DNA of 64,000 nucleotides from Neodothiora populina (Eukaryota): NCBI RefSeq assembly GCF_041146345.1, contig NW_027191409.1, positions 1,054,001 to 1,118,000 of the forward strand, read 5' to 3'. Shown piece by piece: positions 52,444 to 64,000 of this stretch (position 1 is its first letter; each line of letters starts with the position of its first letter). The notes under the pieces were generated by a model. It saw only the letters and a program-made list of their open reading frames with translations, ran no database searches and was not told where the DNA came from. The position numbers and the translations under genes were made by a program.

Positions 52444-54803
52444 CTATAATTGCTCATCCTTGTCGATGATCTCCGCCTCTGGGCTTTTCTTTGCTTGCAC
52501 AGTAGTCGTCGACGACGACGACGACGACGACGAAGAAGAAGCAGATTTGACATGCTCGTCAACAGCAAAAGAAGAGGATGCAACATCAGCCAAAACCACG
52601 GTCTTGACTTTGGTCTTCTTGATTACCGTCGTCGTCGTCTTCTGTTCTTCCTCCTCCGAAGAAGCCGACGACTTCTTGGCAGGCTTCTGCTGCTGCTGTT
52701 GTTGCGCTTTTTCGTCTACAACAGGAATCAGAATGCCCGCGCTGTCTCGTGGCTTACGCGTCCAGCCGGTCTTGAACAGCTTGCCGAGCTCAAAGTGCGG
52801 GAAGGCGTGGGCTTCGGTGTTGAAGACTACTTGGTCCAGGGGCAGGATGTCGGTGGGCCCGAAGAGGAGGTAGAAGTACTTTAGGGTTTCGGCCTGGGGG
52901 GGTTGGTTAGTTGGTTTTGTGTTTTGATAAGGCGGGGGGCATATCTTTGCTCTGTAGTGTGCAGAGGGAGAGAAAAGGGGTGAAAAAAATGGTGGGCTCA
53001 ACTTACCAACCAGAAACTCTCCATGTTGTCCCTTGTCGGCGGAGGGATCTTGTTGACATCTGAAATACTGGAGAATCCATTGTCGCCTTCGACGGCTGTA
53101 TGCGTGATGAACGACTCGAACATCTCCCACCCCCAGTGTCTGTAGATTTCGTCGCCCGTGATGCGCCACATGTAGAAAAGACTCTCGACGGTCTCGGGAC
53201 GCTGCAGATTATGCGAATCGGCGGGCTTGATGATGTAGTCTTTCCTCCAATCAGCCTCGGAGTCAGGAGAAAGAGTGTCGGGCGATTTGAGCACGCCGTC
53301 TTTCATCATGGCCGGCGGATCGGCCAGCTCAAAGTGGGCGATCTCCGGAGCCAGCCCGGTTTCCGTCACTTTGTACATGCCCCAGCAGGTCTTCATCAGC
53401 TGTACTGCGAGCTCAACCTCGTTGTCTTGTTTGGCGCTCCATGTCGGGGACTTGCGCGCTTCGGCAAGGGTCTTGCCTTCGGTTGCGCCCAGGGCAATGG
53501 TGCCTGGCATGAAGCACACGAGGTGGTCCATCTTCGGTGAGAGTTCGCCGTCCAAGCCGTTCGGACGCTCGCCCAAGACGGTAAGGTTCGCATGTTTGGA
53601 GTAGGTAATCAGATGCTTCTGGACACCGGCTAGAGACTGATCCCACATTTCCTGGTAGACAGGCTCCTGTTTCGAAGTCTGGAGATACTGCTTAATTAGA
53701 TATTCGTAGTATGAGTCGCCACGGCTGCCGAGACGGATGTTCTTCCCTCGGAAAGTGCCCATGTCTGCGTAGATGAAAATGGGAAGAAGGCCGTCCGTCA
53801 TGGCGTTGTCGTCTACGACCTTCATCACCTTCTCGGCCTTTTCCCAGTAGTTGACCTCTCCAGTCAATTTCGCCAGGTACTTCATCTCGAGCTGCAGGCT
53901 AGTAGCTTCAGCGGTCGACGATGCGCCACCGTCGTCGTGTGAGGGTATACCCTTCTGTGTGTGTAGATTCACACTGGCATACGGCACACCACTATTCGAC
54001 TCATATGCACCTAATAACCTGTCGGCCAAGTCCGTGGCTTTCTCTAGATACAGATCCTCGCTGACAGCGTTGGCGCCAGTCGTCTTGACGGGTGCCATAT
54101 CGGGGAAGGTGCTAGAGAGATAGTGAGCAGACAGCAGACCTCCCAGCATGCGGATGGTCGTCTCAAAGGTGTTCACATCGTGGTCCTGGTCGTATGTCAG
54201 AGACTTGGAGACCCAATTCCTGGCATGGTCGAGCTCGGTGGTGAGGTTCATGAGCATCAACGTGTCCAGCGCATCGACGATGATCCAACCCATGCCATTC
54301 GGCACCATCTGAGTGCCCGAGCCTGACACGGGGTTGAAGACATCATAGCCCCAGCCGTGGTCCTCGTAGGCCTTCCAGCTCAGCTTGAAGGCGTCCCTGA
54401 CTCTTTCTCTCCTCTCGTTCCAATCGACGTGTTTCGACGACTTGCCGAACCAGCTCGAGGCTGAGCTTTTGGCAGATGCTGCTCTCCGGTCCCCGCTCGG
54501 CGCACTACTGGATCGACTGAGCCAGAACAACAATGCGACCACGGACAAAGCGATCATGGCGAGGGTTCGCTTGCTCTTGAACCAGGGGCCCCTCCGGCCA
54601 GAGCCAGGATACGCATAGGGTTTGTCCTTGTACATTGGTAATGACGCTCGCTTGTCGCCAAAGATGCCTCCAATCTTTTCTGCTACACCTCCGCTGCCGT
54701 CATTACTGCTGCTGCCACCGCCGTGAGAATGTGCCGAGTCGTGGAATCGTGAATGTGCCGAGCCCGACCACTGCTGGTGTGCGCTCGGAAGTGCATAAGA
54801 CAT
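52444..54803 (-). CDS. MNS1: ER mannosyl-oligosaccharide 1,2-alpha-mannosidase (GH47)
   Basis: Type II TM anchor, [66 protein letters not shown]; intron 52894-53006. Confidence 0.95.
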
Positions 54804-55774
54804 GGTTGGGTTGATTTGCCGAACGGGCTGGACGGGACAACAACTGGCCCCAAATGAGAGAGAGTGGAAACCTTTTCAATTATACTGTGCTCCGTCGGGC
54901 GTACAGTATACAAGTAGGTGCAGACGATGGCGCGCTCATATAATTAAGTGGATCGCTAAGCACTCGGGGAGACGGTGCAAGCTGGCCGCTACTGATGCTT
55001 CTTCTTTTAAAGGAAAGTAGTCCGTGAGCATAAGACATATATATATATATATATATGTGTGTGTTTTGGGGGTGTGTCAGAGCTCACCTTGCTAGCTAGT
55101 CAGTAAGGGCAAGGAGAGACCTTTAAAGCAGCAGCAGCAAGGACTTCCAAGGACACGAAAGACCTCTTCTGCAATATGAATATGACTATCTTTTCGTTCA
55201 AGGCAAAGAACCACCAAGTATCGTATTCTTTTAATGCACGCAACCAGGGGGTGGCTTGGCGTCCCCCGAGCTCTCCCCACAATCGCTGTGGACGTGTAAA
55301 GTACTTTCACATGCAACTTCCAGATCCTGGCTCATGATATTACTTGTAATGTTTATACTCACTCGCACTTTGAGAGACTCGATGGGTTCTGCTACTTGTT
55401 CGAAATTGTAGACATCATCTATTGCTTCACACATCACATCCGAATGTGTCCTCGACAAACTACAGTAACCACCCCTACGTGCGTGTGGCGTGCAGCGAAC
55501 CCTGATCGCCATTATTACCGGGCTTGACACCCCATGCGAAGTCGAGTTGCGATGACAGGTAGAGTAGGTACAGTAGTCGGTACCAATGGAGGTAGGTGGT
55601 GACGTGATGACGACGTGCAACACCAGCTGTCAAGGTAAAGTGAATAGCTACCAGATATCCATGGAGATATTCATTCTCTCACAAAAGGTAAGCGATTGAC
55701 AATTGTATTTCTCTTCACCTCCAACCCATAACTTCAGTATTGACTCGACTCGACTCGACTCGACCAATCCGAAT

Positions 55775-56939
55775 ATGCAGCGCTCCCTCACCCTAGACCC
55801 GTCAGAGGATGAAGCACCCACCCGCGACCATCCCAAAGGGCCACACTCGCACCCGACTTCCCTTCCTGAAGCCAAAGAAACGAAACTCAAGCCGGCAGGT
55901 TCCTCAGCCAGCAACAGTGCCACAGGCGACGAGAACGCCAGCATCTTCTTCGTGGGCACGGCGACCACGATCCTGGAATGGGAAGGCATCCGCATCATGA
56001 CAGATCCCAATTTCCTGCACGCTGGCGACCATGTGCATCTGGGTCCAGGAGTGACGGGCACGCGTCAGACTAATCCTGCGCTTGACTTGCACGACTTGCC
56101 TCGCATCGACGCGGTGCTACTGTCGCATTACCATGCCGATCACTTCGATCAGGACGTCGAGGCTAGTCTGAGGAGGAGTTTGCCCATCATCACGACGCCG
56201 CATGCGAAGGACCATCTTGCGCACAAGGGCGATGGCGAAGCCTTCAGCGATGTTTTTGACCTGGACTTTTTCCAGAGCATGTTTGTGAACATCGTCAAGA
56301 GTGGAGACGTGAAGAACAAGCAACCTACGATCAAAGTCACGGGTATGCCTGGCAAGCATGTGCCGCCTGGCCCATTGGCTGTCGTGAATGACGTACTCGG
56401 TGCGGTACCGCCAACGAATGGCTGGATGATCGAACTAGGCTACAAGGAAGGTGACATTGATGACAGCTTCAAGAATGGCTACAGGTGAGCCGAGGCAGAG
56501 ACGTCGAGACGGCCACATACAGAGTTGGCTGACCAAAGACAGAATCTACATCTCGGGTGACACGCTCATGATCGATGAGCTCAAGGAGATACCCGAGCGC
56601 TACAAGGGACAGAACATCGATCTGATGTTGATCCACCTCGGCGGGACTACAATTCCGTCGCCGAAGGTGCCTTTGCTCATGGTGACGATGGATGCAAAGC
56701 AAGGCATTGAGCTGGTGCGATTGATCAATCCAGATGTGACAATACCCATTCATTACGAGTAAGCCGAACCCATTAAAGCTGCAAATGTTAGTTTATTTCA
56801 CTAACCTGTGAGCCAAATCAGCGACTACGATGTCTTCCTGTCACCCCTCTCGGACTTCAAGAAAGCCGTAGAGGATGCAGGTCTGAGCCAAAAGGTGGTA
56901 TATCTGGACCGCAAGGACCAGTACAAATTCACAGTCTAA
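55775..56939 (+). CDS. Metallo-beta-lactamase-fold hydrolase
   Basis: TDPNF, LSHYHADHFD (HxHxDH), YISGDT, IPIHY; introns 56485-56542 and 56759-56821. Confidence 0.88.
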
Positions 56940-57300
56940 TGAAAGACCCGCTGAAGAGTTTGCCATCCTTCATGCAGCGGTAAAATGATACGACATTCCC
57001 CTTTTTTGGTCAAAGTGGAAAAAGGTTTGGAGGGAATACAAGTAGGGCCTTGCTATTGTCATTGTGGTGGTATATTAAAAAATTGTCTTTCCATGACCAG
57101 TCAAAGAATCCCCCTTCTCTTTTTCCTTGCGCTGGGAGTTGCCGTCTTTCGACAGTTAAACCCTTTTGCAACTCAAGCGACAGGACAGGCGTCCATGGCT
57201 CGTACTCCACCCCATTTCGCCGAAATTTTCAACTTTTGAGGGAGGTTTTCGGTATCATGCCGAGATGGAAGTCATGACGGGTGTGATAGATGCGAGACGC

Positions 57301-57779
57301 TTATTTGGCGACACGCTTGCCCTTCTGGTTCTTCTTGGGGGTGTCGGTGACGGTGAGACCTGAACATTGAAACGTCAATAACCTGCTTTCTTTTGGTTTT
57401 TGGTGTGATTCAAGAAGAAGAAGAAACTCACCCGGGGGAAGAGACTGCTTGAGCTTGTCGGCCTTCTCGGAGTCCTTGAGGACAAGGGTGTAGAGGTAGC
57501 GGTGGCAGCGGACCTTGAACTTGGTCTGGCCGGAGACGGAGCTCTTCTTGATGCGAGCAGCTGTGCGGATTATCGTATCAGCAATTTTTCTTCTTCTTTC
57601 ATTCTCTCTTCTTTCATTCTTCCAAGCGTCCATCAAACAGCGACTTGATCCCCGACTCCGTCCAACAAGACAAATGTCCAAGAAGAATATTAGAAACGAA
57701 AAGAAGAGAACGTACAGGAGGCGTCCTTGCGGCGGCAGATCTCAATGAACTGCTTGATGTCCTGAACTTCCTTAGGCAT
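57301..57779 (-). CDS. RPL38: 60S ribosomal protein L38 (eL38)
   Basis: [27 protein letters not shown]...[32 protein letters not shown]; introns 57561-57715 and 57360-57431. Confidence 0.97.
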
Positions 57780-58302
57780 GATGGGCGAAGAAGTGTTGAT
57801 TCGGCGAAATGTGGGATATGTTTATCGATTTGTCTGTTCGTCGCGCGGATAGAGAAACGGAAAGAAATGAAGCAAGTCTCTCATTCTGTCTGCAGTCAAC
57901 CAGCGGGCCCAGCAGCCAGACGGCGGATGTGTGCGCACGGACCCGCCTTTTCTCGCTTCTGGGTTGCGCTTTGCCAAGATTTCATTCTTGTGGGGGGGGG
58001 GGGCAGGGATGCATGATGGACAGAGAGAGACAGACGGGGAGAAATGCCAAGACGCAGGACGACGTCCAGTGCTGTACTGTGGTGCTAGGTGCCCTGTTTG
58101 GATGCATGGTTGCGTAGTGGTGGTAGGTACTATAGTCTTGATCTACAGTAGGGATTCTTGTCCTTCGCGACAGGCAGCCGAATAAGAAACATACAAATAC
58201 ATCATTGTCATTCCTATCATACACATACTGCTGCAACACCGGAAAGCAAGAACACAACACTCGCAAACATCAGTGTCCACAGGATCATCGCGCGCCTTCA
58301 CC

Positions 58303-58765
58303 ATGCCGACCGCACTAGACAAAGCATTGAACTCCAAGGTCCGTCTGCACATAACAAACAGACAATAGCTTGATTTTGTCATTACGGGTTTTTCTTACTT
58401 ATGCTCCTGTGACCCCACAGAATCTCTTCATTGGATTCACAGGTCTCGTCTCTGCGGCTGCCATGTGGTCAATCTGGGGCGGAGACTTGTTTCCGCAGGA
58501 GCCAGATCCAAAAGGAGGTGAGTGGCAATGACATGATCTTTGTTGCGTTCGATCTGATGTTGATGTTTCGAGTAGATCCAGAGAAGTGGACCGAAGAAGA
58601 GATGAAGAGATGGCTCAATAAGGTACGTATGCTTGATCAAAAAGAAGAAGAAAAAGGTCGGGTTTGTTGACGTTGATGTAGCGGAATCTCATGGCTGGAA
58701 ACACAGCAACCAGGGAAGAATTGATTGCCAGAGTCAAGGCCAACATGCGAGCACCGAGAGCGTAG
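58303..58765 (+). CDS. 87-aa membrane-anchored protein with an Ish1/LEM-like C-terminal helical repeat (4 exons)
   Basis: Exons 58303-58338, 58421-58517, 58576-58622 and 58682-58765 give MPTALDKALNSKNLFIGFTGLVSAAAMWSIWGGDLFPQEPDPKGDPEKWTEEEMKRWLNKRNLMAGNTATREELIARVKANMRAPRA. Confidence 0.8.
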
Positions 58766-59424
58766 AGAATTGCATGTCTACCTACTTCAACGAATTCATG
58801 ATTACTTGTGACAAGATTGATCGTATAAACCAGTAGTCTTGCTACCGGTATTGCTTGTGGCTGGGGGTATAGATAACCCTTCAATCATCACCCTGGTGCT
58901 CCTGACTTGCAAAGGCTGTGGAAGTTAAAAGACTGATACGCGCAGCCATCTCAGTTGTAAATTGTTGCCGAGGTTCAGCAGTACGCATCGAGACGTTCGC
59001 GTAGTCTGTCGGCGCAGAAATAGCAGCTCCTGCCACCCCGGCGACAGCGGTCTTGTGAAGTGATAGGCACCTGGGTTGCGATGGCTTTATGTCGCGTCCA
59101 TCGAAGAGACTTGGCTGTCTGTCATCCAGTATACTTTACGAACCCGACTGCAAAGTATGCGCTGATCTGCACGATAGCACGTGCATATGATTGCCACCAA
59201 GATGCCCGGTCTGTAGGCAAGTAGGAGAGATCGTATCTCCACCACTGCGTCTTGCACTTCTGCTGACTGGATTTCATTGATCTCGATGTCCACTCATATT
59301 GTATCTGGTTGCATTTTCTCCAACAGCGGGTCCTGCCAGCCCATCATCCAGCTCGCAATTGTTGCGCCGTGTCGTGGTGGTTCGTCCAGGGTCGCCGTAC
59401 ATCACAACCTGACTAGTGGCTCCT

Positions 59425-60005
59425 TCACACCACGAATCTGAAGTTCTGGCTCTGAATGAGCCAGCTTTTCCCCCTCTCCCGTCTTACCCTTACCCTTGGC
59501 TCCGACTTCCTCTTTGTTGGGTACCAGGACTAGGTTGTCGCTGAAGGCCCGCAGAGGACCCTCTTTACGCTCGACGAGTCGCACCTGACCGCTGACCTGG
59601 ACGAGCACGCTCATGTTGTTCTCAATCTCCTTCGGTCTCGCTTTCGTGACGTCGATAGGTGCGAGGGCAGGATTTAGCACGGTGGCATTGAAAGACTGGA
59701 CCTCGAAGTAGGTGAATGGCATCTGGTTGGCGAAGACGGTTTGAAACTCGTCGGGGTCGGAGAGCTGAGTGCCGTTGTATGTGATGACTGGGAGCATTTT
59801 GCCCGAGGGTAGAGGCGTCTTGGGCATGTAGTAGGTAGCTATCGTGTTTCTCGCACCGTGGAGTGCGGTGTAGTATGCTTCAATGAATTGTTCACCCGCT
59901 GAATAGCAATTAGACGCTGTACATGTACACTTTTCTTAAAGAACGGCATAAAGTACCATTTGCAGAAGCGCGTGTGATGACGTCTTCACCAATAGCAGCC
60001 GCCAT
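59425..60005 (-). CDS. NXT1: NTF2-related export protein Nxt1 (apparent +1 frameshift near the C-terminus)
   Basis: AGEQFIEAYYTAL, ITYNG, VLVQVSGQVR, FSDNLVLVPN. The conserved WLIQSQNFRFVV* lies in a shifted frame after a G5 run. Intron 59899-59956. Confidence 0.85.
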
Positions 60006-60255
60006 GATGGTTGTATTGTACTTTGCTTCCCTTGGTACAATCGTTGAGCAGTTGGCTCGTATGTAAGGTGATGTAGGACTAGGGTCGGCTCGGGAAGAGG
60101 AAGGCACTTGGAGTAAGTGTTGTAGTCATAGGAAGGAAGGAAGGATGAATGACACGATAAACTGGACCCTTGAACAATATTTGAAGCTTTGACCTTCTCT
60201 GTCGCATTGAGAAACCCCGAGACCCCCGTCTTGACATGTCGCCTTGTCCATACCA

Positions 60256-62076
60256 ATGACACTCAAACATCTCAGGCCGACTGGCCTTACACCTTTCCAG
60301 TCCCTCTTGCTTCGTAGATGGCGGCCGCAATGGGATTGTCCTGCGCGGGCAACGCGTGTGGTCGCGAGCAGAGGCATGGCCACAAACAACCCGGATGACA
60401 CCCTCAAACCGTACTATGTGACCACTCCTATATTCTATGTGAATGCAGCTCCTCATGTTGGTCACATGTATACTATGGTCTTGACCGATGTCCTCAAAAG
60501 ATGGCAAGTCCTCAAAGGCAGAAAGGCTATCCTATGCACCGGGACCGACGAGCACGGCATGAAGATCCAGCAAGCCTCCGCAAAGGCTGGAATGGACCCC
60601 AAACCCTTCTGCGACAAAGGTGCCGATGTGTTCAAGACGTTGGCAGCTCGTGTGGAGCTCTCCAACGATCATTTTGTCCGGACAACAGATCCCGAGCATA
60701 GAGAGGCTGTTGAGTATGCGTGGCATCTGCTGAACGATCGAGGATATTTGTATCAGTCAAAACACGAAGGATGGTATTCTGTCAGCGACGAGACCTTCTA
60801 CCCGGAGTCCCAAGTTCACCTTGTCCTGGATCCGCCGACTGGAAGGAAAATCATGGCTTCAAAGGAAACAGGCAAGGAGGTTGAATGGACGTCCGAGCAA
60901 AACTATCATTTCCGCCTCTCTGCCTTTAGGGAACGCCTGCTAGACTTCTATAAGAACAATCCGGACTGGATTACGCCGCAAAACAAATACAACGATATCA
61001 TCTCGGCGGTAGAGTCCGGACTTGAAGATCTTTCGGTTTCACGACCATCCAAACGCCTCAGCTGGGGTATACCTGTGCCCACGGATTCGGAACAGACGAT
61101 CTATGTATGGCTCGATGCTCTATTGAATTATGTGACCAAAGCCGGGTATCCCTGGGCTCCGGATGCTGCTCAAGCAGGCGGCTGGCCCGCCGATGTCCAA
61201 GTAATCGGTAAAGACATCATGCGCTTCCACTGCATCTACTGGCCAGCTTTCCTCATGGCTCTGGACCTGCCCCTGCCCAAGAACATCCTGGCGCACTCGC
61301 ACTGGACCCTCGGCCGTCAGAAGATGGCAAAGAGCACCGGTAACGTGGTGAATCCCTTCTTCGCCCTGGATAGATTCGGCGTCGACACGATTCGGTATTT
61401 CCTCATCCACAACGGTGGCATAGAGAATGACTCGGATTACGAGAATCGCTTTATCATCGAGAGCTACAAGAAGGGTTTGCAGGGAGGGTTGGGTAATCTG
61501 CTCAGTCGCATCATGCGCGGCAAGGGTTGGGATGTTCAGCGGGCCATCAGATACTACCATGACAAAGACGTGCCGGCTCTTCTCTCCGCGTACGACGACC
61601 CAAGCATGGTCGCATTTGCAAAGTCACTCATATCACATCCAGCAGCCATTGATGCGCAAATGGCCAAGCTCAGACCGAACAAGGCGCTCTCGGGCATCAT
61701 GTCAAGAATCTTCGCCGCAAACGCCTTCCTTCAAGCTCAGAGTCCTTGGGATATAGCCAAGCAACTGAAAGAGGCCAACAGCTCTTCAGTAACGGCAGAG
61801 GATACAAACACAGCAGAGGCTACTAAGCAAGCAGAACTCCGCATGGACGCCACCATTTATCTCTGTGCCGAACAACTACGCTTGTCCGGCATCTTGCTAC
61901 AGCCCTTCATGCCGGACAAGGCCAAGCAACTCCTTGACATGCTGGGCGTGAGCGAAGATCGACGCAAGTGGGCTGATGCAGCGTTCGGCGTCGACGGGAA
62001 CTATGGCGTATCTGCTGTGCCGCTGAAGAAGGGTCACATGGGCGTTTTATTCCCTCCTTTGACGAGTGATGAATAG
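60256..62076 (+). CDS. MSM1: Mitochondrial methionyl-tRNA synthetase
   Basis: YVTTPIFYVNAAPHVGH (HIGH), TGTDEHG, YVWLDAL, GKDIMRFH, KMAKS (KMSKS); Arg-rich presequence; intronless. Confidence 0.95.
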   Translation: MTLKHLRPTGLTPFQSLLLRRWRPQWDCPARATRVVASRGMATNNPDDTLKPYYVTTPIFYVNAAPHVGHMYTMVLTDVLKRWQVLKGRKAILCTGTDEHGMKIQQASAKAGMDPKPFCDKGADVFKTLAARVELSNDHFVRTTDPEHREAVEYAWHLLNDRGYLYQSKHEGWYSVSDETFYPESQVHLVLDPPTGRKIMASKETGKEVEWTSEQNYHFRLSAFRERLLDFYKNNPDWITPQNKYNDIISAVESGLEDLSVSRPSKRLSWGIPVPTDSEQTIYVWLDALLNYVTKAGYPWAPDAAQAGGWPADVQVIGKDIMRFHCIYWPAFLMALDLPLPKNILAHSHWTLGRQKMAKSTGNVVNPFFALDRFGVDTIRYFLIHNGGIENDSDYENRFIIESYKKGLQGGLGNLLSRIMRGKGWDVQRAIRYYHDKDVPALLSAYDDPSMVAFAKSLISHPAAIDAQMAKLRPNKALSGIMSRIFAANAFLQAQSPWDIAKQLKEANSSSVTAEDTNTAEATKQAELRMDATIYLCAEQLRLSGILLQPFMPDKAKQLLDMLGVSEDRRKWADAAFGVDGNYGVSAVPLKKGHMGVLFPPLTSDE

Positions 62077-64000
62077 ACGCTTGGACCGACGAGAACGGAC
62101 GCAGTGAAACAGGGATGTTTCGGAAAAGACGAGTGTAAGCTTATGGGAATCAGTGATTTGACCAGGGTCGTCGATTTCAGGATTCATGGAGGTGATTGTA
62201 CAAGGACATGTCTAAAACGAGTATATTATCATATCTGTCTCCCATCAAGAAACCAGCAGATCAATTCTCCAAAAATCATGGGGCATAGCATAGTGATTGA
62301 CACCCCGTTTCCCCTGCTTCGGAACTGCCGGCGCATGGCAAAGGGCAGAAAACCGGGAAGCCCCAAAGTCATCGTCTGCATTCCCCGGCGTCTATAGAAG
62401 GACCGGTCCCATCTAAAGGGAGGGATATAGACCCGCAGAACGAGACGTGCACTCATGCATGAACGAATGATCAAACGAATGAAATGAATGAACGAACGAA
62501 CGAATGAACGAAAACACGCATTCCAAAGCAGCTTGGCGAACCGGAGTCGAGTCCGCCAAGGCGAAAGCAAAATAGAGTGCCTACCATTTCGAGCCCACAA
62601 AAACCACAAGCACCCTTTTCATGTACTCGGAGTCGAGTCCGACTTAGCTCGATATATTTGTCTCCTGCCCCTTCTCTGTTGTGTCTCCTTCCTTCTCGCA
62701 AGTGTTGCTATTTCCTATCTGCTAGAGCATAGTGCCTCTCTCTCGGATGTTGCCATCCGCGCTACTATACTTGGACTGTCACTAGCCACAATGACCATCA
62801 TGACCATGTAAATCACACCATGGTAGCGGTATGGTGCTGTAGAGTACGGTAGCTTGGCCTGATGCGGCGATAGATGTACTGACCCCCAGAATAGTCATGG
62901 GGTTGGTAATGTGATGACGATGTGCGATGATGATAGTGATGCTGTGCGCACATGAAGTTGTGGAGCCAAACGATTGATGTCGTGGTATGTCTATGGGTTT
63001 TTTGAGACCGGCGCATCCGTTCATACAGTAGCATGGGTCAAGCCATCTTGTCGGTCACGCAGCCTGGCGATGTTGTGAGGCTCGCATTCCTGGATAAAGC
63101 TAACAGACATGGGCTGATTGCGAGGACGGGGAGATAGAGAAGTAGGCGACTGCGGGCCACCTGGCGCTTGTTCCGGAATAATGCCTTGTCAAGACTCCAC
63201 AGCATGAGCCTGCCTCAGCAGATTGGTTTTTCAATCTCCGTGAAGGGTTGCGACTGGACTATTGTGGTGCGGTTGGACGAAGCATCCATGTGTTCGTACT
63301 TCGCTTTCCTTGACTAGCTTGGCGTTGACTGCCGCCATTCGAATGCTACACACTTTACGCCATACCTACCTTATCTTATATAGGTACAGTACGTGATTAA
63401 GGTAGGTTCGCGACATCTGAGGCTCAGCTGGATGTCGACCGTCAGATCCAGGTAATCCTTGTATATACTTATACTTTGCTTGTACAGCACTGTACTTCGT
63501 AAAGTGGCGGCAAGGTCCAGGGTAGGCGAGCTACAAAGTACAGTCCCGCTTGGTCGCGTACAATCTATTCAAGCACGGCTCGCGAGTCGTGTAGATTAAG
63601 CCACGCACGGAGCCCCTTAGATCGGTACCGGAGAGCTACCAAGCACTCCACATTGATACGAGCAGTCCACCCTTTTATATTGGATGATCGAGCGATGATG
63701 AACAACAGATGTCTCAGACACAACTGCAAATGAGAAAAAGGCTCAGTGCGTAGCGGTATCTTTCTGACCAGAGCCAAGAGCGACCTCAGGGATTGTGCAT
63801 CGACAGATGGACAGATGAACATCGAAATATCGGAGAAACTGAGACGGATCTAATCCGCTGTAAATGGTACTGTGCAAGTACTGTACCTACCCATGTGCCT
63901 CAGCGACTTCTCGTGAACAAGGGAAAGCGGTTAAGGTTTACAAGCTCCCGCTGTGAATCTCCTCGATCGAGGTTTTCGATCGCGTCTAGATGCAATGACG

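Noticed and set aside
55037..55056. (AT)n tract, plus other microsatellites such as (GACTC)n near 55742 and (GGCAGT)n near 27522
   Set aside because: Ordinary simple sequence repeats; not CRISPR-like or transposon ends.
62100..64000. His-rich short ORFs and GAAC/GAAT repeats at about 62460-62512
   Set aside because: Simple repeats and stop-interrupted frames; no supportable gene. No telomerase template (TAACCCTAA) was seen here or in other gaps.

Overview
Eukaryotic, intron-containing genomic DNA from a filamentous ascomycete (short GT-AG introns with CTRAC/CTAAT branch sites; gene content and style suggest a Dothideomycete, which is an inference). The window is gene-dense, with about 26 protein-coding genes, mostly housekeeping: HhH-GPD DNA glycosylase, SDR, Zn-alcohol dehydrogenase, RIB5, SDH2, PAN1, DPH6, a Baeyer-Villiger monooxygenase, KIN28, an EIS1-like protein, a protein-tyrosine phosphatase, sphingolipid C9-methyltransferase, MSH4, an FAH-family hydrolase, SDHAF1, a small HSP, MNS1, an MBL-fold protein, RPL38, NXT1 and mitochondrial MetRS. 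I saw no transposon, tRNA, rRNA or CRISPR. The most unusual part is 7.3-17 kb. Two divergent paralogous atypical Zn2Cys6 regulators flank a 50-aa tandem-repeat microprotein gene (KPQPGD[N/D]GG repeats) whose promoter carries a dense AGGCA/TGCCT cluster, a candidate undescribed regulator-peptide module. Other oddities are an apparent +1 frameshift in NXT1, a possible spliced structured transcript at about 17.6-18.2 kb, and a recurrent intergenic heptamer TACAGTA. All gene models were built by eye and no database searches were run.
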